Below are positions 1-8,581 of a stretch of DNA of 58,552 nt, in pieces. The first letter of the stretch is position 1, and every line of letters begins with the position of its first letter. The stretch is taken from sequence record DRR378314_1251. One strand, written 5' to 3'. A program made the translations under genes and the position numbers. The notes under the pieces are model-generated. The model was given only the letters and a program-made list of their open reading frames with translations. It had not been told where the DNA came from and did no database searches.

Positions 1-2
1 GA

Positions 3-1289
3 TTAGGCCGAAATCATCTCAAGGCCGCCCATGTAGTTGCGCAGGGCTTCCGGGACGGTGATGGAGCCGTCTTCGTTCTGATAGTTTTCGAGGATGGCCA
101 CGAGCGTGCGACCAACCGCGAGGCCGGAGCCGTTGAGCGTGTGGACGAATTCAGGCTTTGCGCCGGCTTCCGGGCGATAGCGCGCATTCATGCGGCGGGC
201 CTGATAGTCGCCACAGTACGAACACGAACTGATTTCGCGATAGGTGTTCTGGCTCGGCAACCAGACTTCGAGGTCATAGGTCTTGCGCGCCCCTGCCCCC
301 ATATCGCCCGCGCAGAGCAGCATCCGGCGGAATGGCAGGTCGAGCTTTTTCAGGATCGCCTCGGCGCATTCGGTCATGCGCTCAAGCTCCTTCAGCCCCT
401 CATCCTGGTTCGCCACGACCGAGACCATCTCAACCTTGTTGAACTGGTGCAGGCGGATCATGCCCTTAGTGTCGCGCCCTGCACTGCCGGCCTCAGAGCG
501 GAAACAGGGCGTGTGCGCGGTAAAGCGTTTCGGCAGTTCGCCGGGTTCGAGGATGCCGTCGCGGACAATGTTCGTCAGCGGAACTTCGGCCGTGGGGATG
601 AGGTAATGTTCAACTGTCGTCTTGAATAAATCTTCCGCAAATTTCGGCAGTTGACCCGTTCCGAGCAGCGCCTGGTCCTTCACCAGAACGGGCGGTGAGC
701 ATTCCGTATACCCATGCTCTTCTGTTTGCACGTCCAGCATGAAGGCGGCGAGGGCGCGCTCCAGCCGGGCCAGCTTGCCCTTCAGCAACACAAAGCGCGC
801 GCCGCTCATCTTTGCGGCGGTCTCGAAATCCATCATGCCGAGCGCTTCGCCGAGATCGGCATGGTCTTTCACGTCGAAGGCAAAGGATTTCGGCTCGCCC
901 CAGCGGGCTTGTTCCACATTGCCATCTTCGTCCTGCCCTTCCGGCACTTCGTCCAGCGGAATATTCGGCAGGCCATAGAGCAGGTCGTCCAGCAGTTTGC
1001 GGGCAGCTTCTTCCTGTTCACCCGCCGCTTCAATCGTGTCCTTGGCGTCGGCCACGACCTTGCGCAGGCGCTCAAATTCCGCCTCATCACCCGAGGCCTT
1101 CGCCTTGCCGATCAGCTTGGAGGTTTCGTTGCGCGCCTTTTCGGCTTCCTGCTTGTCGGTCACCGCCGTACGCACAGCGCCGTCATGCGCCAGGATCTCG
1201 TCCACGGAGTCGCCAAGGCCCGGCTTCTTCCGGTTCCAGGCGGCGCGGAACGCGTCGGGATTGTCTCGGATGGCGCGGATATCGAACAT
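3..1289 (-). CDS. serS: Seryl-tRNA synthetase
   Basis: N-terminal coiled-coil arm; class II motifs [32 protein letters not shown]. Confidence 0.98.
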   Translation of the reverse strand: MFDIRAIRDNPDAFRAAWNRKKPGLGDSVDEILAHDGAVRTAVTDKQEAEKARNETSKLIGKAKASGDEAEFERLRKVVADAKDTIEAAGEQEEAARKLLDDLLYGLPNIPLDEVPEGQDEDGNVEQARWGEPKSFAFDVKDHADLGEALGMMDFETAAKMSGARFVLLKGKLARLERALAAFMLDVQTEEHGYTECSPPVLVKDQALLGTGQLPKFAEDLFKTTVEHYLIPTAEVPLTNIVRDGILEPGELPKRFTAHTPCFRSEAGSAGRDTKGMIRLHQFNKVEMVSVVANQDEGLKELERMTECAEAILKKLDLPFRRMLLCAGDMGAGARKTYDLEVWLPSQNTYREISSCSYCGDYQARRMNARYRPEAGAKPEFVHTLNGSGLAVGRTLVAILENYQNEDGSITVPEALRNYMGGLEMISA

Positions 1290-1378
1290 GGCTGTCGTCC
1301 TGTCTGGTCAGTCGGGCAATGCTCTAATCCGCACCGCGCCAGCCTGCAACCGTGGGATATGCTTAGCAGCCTGCCTGA

Positions 1379-2200
1379 TCAGGCGGCGTCGGCGTCTGCC
1401 TCGGCCTGCTTCTTCTCGATCATCTTCACGCACCAGATCGAAATCTCATACAGGCAATAGACCGGAATGGTCAGCAAGACCTGCGAGATCATGTCTGGCG
1501 GGGTGAAGAAGGCTGAAAATGCCAGGATGGCGACAATCGCATATTTCCGTCCCTTGGAGAGGGCGTCAGACGACACAACGCCAATCTTGCCCAGAAGGGT
1601 CAGAACAACCGGCAACTGGAACGAAATGCCGAAAGCCAGCATCAGCGCCATGACGAGCGAGAGATAGTCCGCGACTTTCGGCAACATGGTGATGTTGGCG
1701 ATGTCGCTGTCTGGAATCTCCATCCCGACCGTGAAACGTGCCAGCATGGGCAACATCAGGAAATAGACGAAAGTGGCACCCGCTACGAACAAGACAGGCG
1801 CGAAGACAAGATAGGGCCAGAATGCGCCGCGCTCGTTCTTGTAGAGCCCCGGCGCCACGAATTTGTAGAGCTGCCAGGCCATGAATGGAAACGCCAGAAA
1901 GATGCCGCCGAACAAGGCCAGCTTCAGCTTGGCGAAGAAGAATTCCATCGGCGCGGTGTAGACAAATTCCAGCTTCGACCCGCGGATCGATTCCGCCATC
2001 AGCGCGAAGGGCGCGAGCAGCAGCTCGAAGATTTCCTGCGCAAAGAAGAAGCAGGCAATCGTGCCGACCATCAGCGCCACAAGAGACTGGATCAGACGAG
2101 AGCGCAGCTCTGTCAGATGCTCCAGCAGGGGCGCGCGGCTTGCCTCAACTTCATCATCAAGGATTTCGGGTTGTTCGTCTTTCGGCGGGACAGTGTTCAC
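1379..2200 (-). CDS. tatC: Twin-arginine translocase subunit TatC
   Basis: PLLEHLTELRSRL, FVAPGLYKNER, FQLPV and TPPD motifs; multiple TM segments; follows tatB. Confidence 0.97.
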   Translation of the reverse strand: MNTVPPKDEQPEILDDEVEASRAPLLEHLTELRSRLIQSLVALMVGTIACFFFAQEIFELLLAPFALMAESIRGSKLEFVYTAPMEFFFAKLKLALFGGIFLAFPFMAWQLYKFVAPGLYKNERGAFWPYLVFAPVLFVAGATFVYFLMLPMLARFTVGMEIPDSDIANITMLPKVADYLSLVMALMLAFGISFQLPVVLTLLGKIGVVSSDALSKGRKYAIVAILAFSAFFTPPDMISQVLLTIPVYCLYEISIWCVKMIEKKQAEADADAA

Positions 2201-2580
2201 GTGGCATCCCCTCCGGTTTTCGGCGCGGTGTCAGGCGCGTCAGTCCCAGCCTCAGGCTCAGGTTCTGGCGTGGGCTTCGGCGCGGAGGTCTTTTCCATGA
2301 CGGCGGAATTCACATCCGCCTCGAACGCGGCAAGATCGTCCTGCGCCTCTTTCATCGTGTTCTCGCGCTTGAGGTCTTCGATCTCCTTGCGGAGTTCGTC
2401 CAGCTCACTCTGACGGGCAATGTCTTCGAACGCGGCCTGGAATTCCCGCGCCATTGCGCGGCCCTTGCCGACGAACTGGCCGATTCGGCGCATCATCATC
2501 GGCAGATCCTTCGGGCCGACAATAATCAGCGCCGCAAGGCCCAACAGCAAAAGCTCGGAAAACCCGATTCCGGGCAGCAT
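2197..2580 (-). CDS. tatB: Twin-arginine translocase subunit TatB
   Basis: GFSELLL...IIVGPKDLP motif; 4-nt overlap with tatC. Confidence 0.95.
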   Translation of the reverse strand: MLPGIGFSELLLLGLAALIIVGPKDLPMMMRRIGQFVGKGRAMAREFQAAFEDIARQSELDELRKEIEDLKRENTMKEAQDDLAAFEADVNSAVMEKTSAPKPTPEPEPEAGTDAPDTAPKTGGDAT

Positions 2581-2604
2581 ATTAAGCGCCCTCCAGTCGG
2601 CAGC

Positions 2605-2820
2605 TTATGACGAGGCCTTCGTCTCGTCCTTTTTTGGGGTGACGTCGACCATTTCGTCCTTCTCGACGGATTTGGTCTCTTCTTCGTCCTTCAGGCCCTT
2701 GCGGAAAGCGCCAATGCCCTTGGCCATATCACCCATGATGGACGAAATCCGGCCCCGACCACCGAACAGGAGAAGCGCGACGACCACAACGATCAGCAAT
2801 TGAATCCAGCTTGGCGACAT
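2605..2820 (-). CDS. tatA: Twin-arginine translocase subunit TatA
   Basis: [23 protein letters not shown]...[10 protein letters not shown]; start moved to ATG 2820 with GAGGAG RBS. Confidence 0.95.
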   Translation of the reverse strand: MSPSWIQLLIVVVVALLLFGGRGRISSIMGDMAKGIGAFRKGLKDEEETKSVEKDEMVDVTPKKDETKASS

Positions 2821-2900
2821 GCGTCTCTCCTCGAAGATTTCCCGACATATATACAGCAGCCCACGCTGGAACAATGGCCCGGAGCTGCTAAAGAACAGCC

Positions 2901-3677
2901 ATGCGTATCGCCACATGGAATGTCAACTCGATCAAGGCCCGCCTTCCCACAGTGTTGGAAGTGCTGGACGCCATCAATTGCGATGTCGTCTGCCTTCAGG
3001 AAATCAAATGCGAGACGAATGCGTTTCCGTATATGGAGCTGGAGGAGCGGGGCTGGAACTGTGAAGTGCTCGGCCAGAAGAGCTATAATGGCGTCGCCCT
3101 GCTCTCGAAGCACGAGATCGAGGACGTCACAAAGGGGCTGCCGACACTCGAGGACGAACAGGCCCGCTATATCGAAGCCCTGATCCTGGCCGACCGCCCG
3201 ATCCGGATTGGCGGGCTCTATCTGCCAAACGGCAATCCGGCGCCCGGCCAGAAATACGACTACAAGATGGAATGGATGGACGCGCTGGAACAGCATGCGC
3301 GCGCCCTGCTGAAACAGGACGAAGCCTTTGTCCTGTGCGGCGACTACAATTGCATTCCTACGCCGGAAGATTGTTGGGATGAAACCGTCTGGCAGGATGA
3401 CGCGCTCGCCCTGCCCCAGACGCGGGCCGAATTCCGGAAACTGAAATATCTCGGCCTCGCCGACGCGTTTGAGTTAACCGACAACCGGGCGCATCAATAC
3501 ACGTTCTGGGACTATCAGGGCGGCGCCTTCAAGAAGGATCACGGAATCCGCATCGATCACCTGCTCTGCTCTCCACGGGCTTGCGACAGGCTCCAGTCGG
3601 TGGAGATCTATCGCAAGGCCCGGGAACTTGAGAAGCCATCCGACCATGTGCCCGTGATTGGCACGTTTGAAGACTAG
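2901..3677 (+). CDS. xth: Exodeoxyribonuclease III (AP endonuclease)
   Basis: [24 protein letters not shown] and SDHVP motifs. Confidence 0.96.
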   Translation: MRIATWNVNSIKARLPTVLEVLDAINCDVVCLQEIKCETNAFPYMELEERGWNCEVLGQKSYNGVALLSKHEIEDVTKGLPTLEDEQARYIEALILADRPIRIGGLYLPNGNPAPGQKYDYKMEWMDALEQHARALLKQDEAFVLCGDYNCIPTPEDCWDETVWQDDALALPQTRAEFRKLKYLGLADAFELTDNRAHQYTFWDYQGGAFKKDHGIRIDHLLCSPRACDRLQSVEIYRKARELEKPSDHVPVIGTFED

Positions 3678-3680
3678 GCC

Positions 3681-5597
3681 CTATTCGGCGCGGTCGATGT
3701 CATCGGCCCAGGCCGCAAGCCAGAAAGTCACTGCCTGCCAGTTGATGGCAACTTCGTTCAGGGAGTACGCATCGACATGATCGGCGTAGCAGGTCTGGGC
3801 GTGGCACTGATCGAAGATCACGCGCGCAACCGGCCCCGCAGGATTGGTATTGTTCGGACCGCCCGCGACAGCGCCGGGTGGCGGTAGCGGATAACCTTCA
3901 TACTGAGCTCCGGCCCAATGGCGGTGATGCGGCGCCTTGAAGGCGTTTTCGCCATGACCGGCAACGTAGGAGAGGTCGCGGGGATTCCGGCCGAGAACAT
4001 AGTCCAGCAGGTCCAGAGCGCCATCACGATACCGCGTGTCTCCGGTCAAATCATATGCGGTGCCAAGCATGACGCCGCGATTGCCCAGCAAGCCCATCGA
4101 GCCCCACGGCCAGACACCGCGGCTCATCGGAATCTGATAGCCTTCAAACCTGGTCTGCTGGACATATCCGTTTGTGGTGTTCAACAGCGCTGCCTGAGCT
4201 TCGGCCCGGATATCCTCGTCCGGTGCAAACCGGGACAGGGTGAGAATTCCATAGCCTGATGTCGCGCTCCAGGAAGGTTGCTGATACTCACTGATCGGCC
4301 ACTGATCCAGCTCCGACTGGTATCGCTTCAGATCGTCTGCATACTTGGCCGCGCCTGTTGTGGCGTACAGTTCTGCAGCTGCCCAATAGAACTCTTCCCG
4401 CACATCCGTGGACCCGTACGGTCCGCTTCCGGGAATATTGTCGTACGCGTAAACATCCGGCAGGCGTTGAGCTGCCTTGTAGGCGCGCTTTGCTGCGGAC
4501 AGACATTTGTTCGCATAGGCATCATCGATTCCCTGGAAAACACGGGCGCACTGCGCGCCCACCGCGGCAACATGAAGGGTCGCCGCCGTTGATGGAGGCG
4601 CCAGCGCACGCGCACGATTGCTCTCATGTGGCATGACGGGAAAGTCCGGCCAGCTCGTATCGCCGGACTTGTGATGCACCATGCCCGACACATCGGTGAG
4701 TTCGGGCTCAGCGGTCTCCCATTGGCCGGACATGTTTCCCCGAAGGATGGGGGCTTCCATACCCGGTTTTGCCTGCATGCTAAGCATATAGTCGATGTTG
4801 ACCCGTGCCTCATCCAGCAGGTCATTCAGGCCGTTCCCGGATTCCGGAAGATTGGCGGCGCCGTCTTCAAACCCTTTCGTCCCGCGCTCATAGGCGTTCA
4901 GCAGCGCCCACACGCTGACACCACCATTCACGACATATTTGCTGTGGTCGCCGGCATCATACCATCCGCCACTGACATCCAGCTTGTAGTCACATCCCGG
5001 CCATTTTACGTCATATTTGTCCGTGCCGGAAAAGCAGGTCAGCAATTCTCGTTCATGGCCGGCAGGGCGCGCCCATTGCTGACCGCCCGCATATTCCGCT
5101 TCAATCGGAACAGCGACGCGATTGTGATAGAAATAACGGAGGGTATCGTATTTCAGCTTGTTGAAGACGTTCTCAGAGACATCGAAAGGGTGGCTCTTGC
5201 CGACACCTTCGACGTCGAGAACCAGCTGGGTCGCCGGGGTCCTCAGAGCATCTGTGATGACCAGCTGAATGTTGGCATTGGAGCCCTCATGGAAGCCTTG
5301 AGGAATTGTCATGCCTTCTGCGGCAACCGCCCCGTTGGGCGCGAGAATTCGCCAGTTCAGCGGTTCGGCAATATCCGTTTCAGCAATACCGACAAAAGTG
5401 TAGCCAGGCCGAATGCCGGTCTGGGTGGCCCGCACAGGATTACGCGGCGCATTGAATGCGTTGAGATATTCCTGCTGGCGAGCCGAAATTTGCGCGGTAG
5501 CTGCGCTTGCGCCGTCATCCTGTGGCGCGGTTGCGCACCCTGCCAGTACCAGCGCTGAAGCCAATGAGGCGAAAGAAACATTCTTGAGCGAGACCAT
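3681..5597 (-). CDS. Glycoside hydrolase family 9 lipoprotein with N-terminal Ig-like domain
   Basis: Lipobox LAGC; GGWYDAGD, HHR and NEVAINW catalytic motifs. Confidence 0.9.
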   Translation of the reverse strand: MVSLKNVSFASLASALVLAGCATAPQDDGASAATAQISARQQEYLNAFNAPRNPVRATQTGIRPGYTFVGIAETDIAEPLNWRILAPNGAVAAEGMTIPQGFHEGSNANIQLVITDALRTPATQLVLDVEGVGKSHPFDVSENVFNKLKYDTLRYFYHNRVAVPIEAEYAGGQQWARPAGHERELLTCFSGTDKYDVKWPGCDYKLDVSGGWYDAGDHSKYVVNGGVSVWALLNAYERGTKGFEDGAANLPESGNGLNDLLDEARVNIDYMLSMQAKPGMEAPILRGNMSGQWETAEPELTDVSGMVHHKSGDTSWPDFPVMPHESNRARALAPPSTAATLHVAAVGAQCARVFQGIDDAYANKCLSAAKRAYKAAQRLPDVYAYDNIPGSGPYGSTDVREEFYWAAAELYATTGAAKYADDLKRYQSELDQWPISEYQQPSWSATSGYGILTLSRFAPDEDIRAEAQAALLNTTNGYVQQTRFEGYQIPMSRGVWPWGSMGLLGNRGVMLGTAYDLTGDTRYRDGALDLLDYVLGRNPRDLSYVAGHGENAFKAPHHRHWAGAQYEGYPLPPPGAVAGGPNNTNPAGPVARVIFDQCHAQTCYADHVDAYSLNEVAINWQAVTFWLAAWADDIDRAE

Positions 5598-5681
5598 CGG
5601 TTGAGTCCAATTTCTGCATGATTTTGAACCCTACCATGCAATTTCAGGACCACTCAGCGAAGATCTAACCGTCTATTCCCG

Positions 5682-6458
5682 CTAATTTACCGAACCGTAC
5701 TCGGCGCCTGCCTCATCGAAATAGGCCCGCCAGAAGGCTTTCACGTCCGCGACGGGCAGGTCATAAATCTGGCGGGGAACGATCCGCGCGACGACCTCAG
5801 CCTCATCCAGTCTCGGTTTCAGTTCGGCCAGTTCGCTATCCAGATACGCTTCGTAATCTGCCCCGGCCCGGTAGAAGCTGAACCCGTCAGAGTGCTGCAT
5901 CAGGTCTGACACCAGAACCACTCTGCGGCCGCGTTCGCCTGGCTGAAAGTCAGCGCGATCTGCAACAGAATAAACAGCTTCGATCAGAGGTGAGCTGGGC
6001 TGACGCGTGTCCATGAGGGCCGCTTCCACGCTCTCCAGCAGAGGCGCATAGAACTGCCCCTGCCAAGTCTGCTCTACCATTTTCGGATTCTGGAAGATCG
6101 GATTTGCCTCGGACGCGCTCCCCGGCGAGCAGGCATAATGCACCACTTTGGGATCGTAGGGGCTGGCCGCATTCGGGATCATGACGGTGAGCCGGCCATA
6201 TTTCGGCAAGGCACGCGCCTCAGCGTCGACGAATTCATAAACCCAATCCAGATCATTTGGATTGAAGGGGTCCGATTGATCGATCAGGATGATCGTGTGG
6301 GCCGGATCATTCCGGTCAACCCGGCAACTGGTCTCCGCCATCAGCGTGGGCGGCTGGTTGAACGCCACCAGGGCGAACAATGCAAAGACAACCCCAAGCA
6401 TCAGCGCGATCATTCCGCGCCAGAACCATGGGCCTCGGTCACTTCTGCGACGTGGCAT
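5682..6458 (-). CDS. Membrane-anchored hypothetical protein, vWA-like
   Basis: One N-terminal TM; IILIDQSD and VVLVSDLMQHS resemble vWA/MIDAS strands; AGGAGG RBS. Confidence 0.6.
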   Translation of the reverse strand: MPRRRSDRGPWFWRGMIALMLGVVFALFALVAFNQPPTLMAETSCRVDRNDPAHTIILIDQSDPFNPNDLDWVYEFVDAEARALPKYGRLTVMIPNAASPYDPKVVHYACSPGSASEANPIFQNPKMVEQTWQGQFYAPLLESVEAALMDTRQPSSPLIEAVYSVADRADFQPGERGRRVVLVSDLMQHSDGFSFYRAGADYEAYLDSELAELKPRLDEAEVVARIVPRQIYDLPVADVKAFWRAYFDEAGAEYGSVN

Positions 6459-6473
6459 CCCTGTCTACTCCTC

Positions 6474-8060
6474 CTAGGCGCGGCGAGCCTGATCAACGGG
6501 GACATGTGTTGCCCCCTTGGCGTCGCGGACCTTGCTGATTTCGTCAGCAACTTTCTTCTCGATGGAAGACAAGCCCTTCTGGACTTGCTGGATGTGCTGT
6601 TCAAGCCATTCCCTGGTCTGGTTCAGGGCCTTGATGTTGTTGTCGATCGCCGCAATCGCCTTGTTGGCCTGCTCGCGTTCCTTTGAATAATCGAAGGGCG
6701 GCAGTTGCGGTGTGACGATTTCGCTAAAGTATTCCGGGCAAGGTGCCTGATCGCCCAGCCGGTCCCGATTGGCATTGCGTGCGCGGCGGTGAGCCTGACG
6801 GTATGCCACTTTCAGGCTGCGCTCCTGATCGGCTGCGCGGGCCGCGATGGCGGATGCATAATCACGGCGCGTTTCCAGCAAATTCATCGCTTTCTCGATC
6901 TCGCGTTTCGCCGCAACGTGACGCGATTGCTGAGTCTCGAACCAGACGCGACAATTCGAGAAATAGTCAGACAGGTCATCGCGAACTCCATTGCGGACCT
7001 CCTGACGACGCTCATAGGCGCGGCGTTCCTTCCGCCAGACGCGGCCATACCCCGGATAGCGATCGGAGATACGGTCATAGCCCTCATAGATGGCCAGGCC
7101 GAACACGGCGAGCCCCATGAAAAGCAGGCCAAGGGCCAGGAAGCTCTCCAGCGCGAAGATGTTGGGGAACATTGACGAGATGACTTCGCCCGGCGCGATA
7201 GAGAACATCGAGAATGACCCCAGCGTCCCCGCTTCGGTGGCAGCGAGCAAGCCAAGCTCCACGGCGTCCCGGAAATGGGCGACGAAGAAGTTCAGGAAAA
7301 TGCCAGCGAGAATGAAGATCATCGCAATGGCACCGCCCATGATCTTCGCTGGCAGCGCCGGGTGATTGAGATAACGCAAGCCGAAAAAGCCCGCGATCAC
7401 GCCGAACACGACGTTCACAGCAGACACACCGAACGCAATCATCAGGCCGCCCATCAGGCCATTTGCCTGAGCGTCCTTGAACAACAGCGCGTTGAAACCG
7501 CCTTCAAGGATCATGATGAAAATCAGGATCGCGACGGCCTGCTCGACATTCTTCTTGATGTCTGGCGTCCGGTCGCCGATTCTATCACCGTGGCGCAGCT
7601 TGAACTGCTGGAGTTCGATGATCGCGGCCGAATGAGTTTCCTTCGCCTCGTTCACATCATCCAGTTCGTAATGGCGATATTCGTTTTCTTCCGTCTTGAT
7701 CGCCTCACGCAATTGGTCGGGATAGATGTCGATGGGCGTGTAGTCAGCAATATAGTTGCGGACCGAAGCCGCAGTCGTTGTCAGCCATGTGCCAAGGCCC
7801 CGGCGAACGTCTTCTGCGCGTTCAGCAATCTGCTGTTCGCATTCGCTCCACTCATCAGGGGTCGCAGCCTCAGACATGGGCAGGCCATCACGCCCGTCCT
7901 TCTTTGCGGTCACCTTGGTGATCTGGCGACTCAACCCGAGATATCCCTGGGCGCGCTTGCCCTTCAGACCATGATCAGAAAGGTCGTTGCGAATCTCCAG
8001 CGGCTTCACCTTTGTCTGGCATCCAACGTCTGCGCCCCAGCGCACAGCTTTCTTTGACAT
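6474..8060 (-). CDS. Hypothetical membrane protein with about 4 TM helices flanked by long coiled coils
   Basis: Long ORF with central hydrophobic block and charged helical termini; ATG 8060 with AGAGGA RBS. Confidence 0.7.
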   Translation of the reverse strand: MSKKAVRWGADVGCQTKVKPLEIRNDLSDHGLKGKRAQGYLGLSRQITKVTAKKDGRDGLPMSEAATPDEWSECEQQIAERAEDVRRGLGTWLTTTAASVRNYIADYTPIDIYPDQLREAIKTEENEYRHYELDDVNEAKETHSAAIIELQQFKLRHGDRIGDRTPDIKKNVEQAVAILIFIMILEGGFNALLFKDAQANGLMGGLMIAFGVSAVNVVFGVIAGFFGLRYLNHPALPAKIMGGAIAMIFILAGIFLNFFVAHFRDAVELGLLAATEAGTLGSFSMFSIAPGEVISSMFPNIFALESFLALGLLFMGLAVFGLAIYEGYDRISDRYPGYGRVWRKERRAYERRQEVRNGVRDDLSDYFSNCRVWFETQQSRHVAAKREIEKAMNLLETRRDYASAIAARAADQERSLKVAYRQAHRRARNANRDRLGDQAPCPEYFSEIVTPQLPPFDYSKEREQANKAIAAIDNNIKALNQTREWLEQHIQQVQKGLSSIEKKVADEISKVRDAKGATHVPVDQARRA

Positions 8061-8206
8061 GCTACATCCTCTTAACAACACACCGCGTTTCATTAACTTT
8101 CGCGAAGATGGGCTGCCTTGGTTACTGAAGCGTGAAAACCGGCGCGGTTAATGCGTATCGTAATGTAATTGGCACAGCTTCATGCTTGCGGCGTTCATTT
8201 CGAAAA

Positions 8207-8221
8207 TGTAACAGCGTAACC
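8207..8221 (+). promoter_or_regulatory. Putative Zur box (TGTAAC-AGC-GTAACC)
   Basis: Imperfect 6-3-6 match to Zur-type TGTTAT-N3-ATAACA operator, directly before a His-rich ORF and ZnuD-like receptor. Confidence 0.5.
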
Positions 8222-8524
8222 ATGAGCTTTCATCGCCATCGGACCCTCTATCTGGCCCTTCTGGCAGCGCTGTTCGTTTTCGTGCAGGCGCACGCACTTG
8301 GCCATGCGGCGGAGCATGGAGATGAACCGCATGACCATTACGGCGCGGCATGCGAACTCAGTGTGATTGCCACAGATCAGATCCTGTTGCCCGCGGCGCC
8401 AAGCGAGCCATTCGTTTTGCCGCCTGCGCCCGGCGCAACTGAGCCCTGTATTTCTGTCGCCAACTGGACCCGTCCGCCGGGGCGCGCGCCGCCTCCGCGA
8501 AGTCCTCCACCCCTTCAGCAATAG
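8222..8524 (+). CDS. His-rich DUF2946/CruR-like leader protein with C-terminal RAPP/RSPP arrest-like motifs
   Basis: Hydrophobic N-terminus, HAAEHGDEPHDH cluster, CELS, Pro-rich linker, ends GRAPPPRSPPPLQQ; directly upstream of a TBDR. Confidence 0.75.
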   Translation: MSFHRHRTLYLALLAALFVFVQAHALGHAAEHGDEPHDHYGAACELSVIATDQILLPAAPSEPFVLPPAPGATEPCISVANWTRPPGRAPPPRSPPPLQQ

Positions 8525-8571
8525 AAACCATTTGTTCCCGCCTTCGGGCGGCACGTCTATTGTCTGAAGGA
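8512..8571 (+). promoter_or_regulatory. mRNA hairpin sequestering the TBDR ribosome-binding site
   Basis: CCTTCAGCAATAGA (8512-8525) pairs with TCTATTG-t-CTGAAGG (8556-8570), covering SD GAAGGA; inner CCGCC-TTCG-GGCGG hairpin at 8538-8551. Confidence 0.7.
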
Positions 8572-8581
8572 CCCCCCAATC

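Noticed and set aside
2605-2916. 103-aa TatA overlapping xth
   Set aside because: The N-terminal extension is spurious; ATG 2820 has a good RBS and gives a normal TatA
8072-8160. TTAAC half-sites as CtrA boxes
   Set aside because: No TTAA-N7-TTAA spacing; half-sites alone are weak evidence
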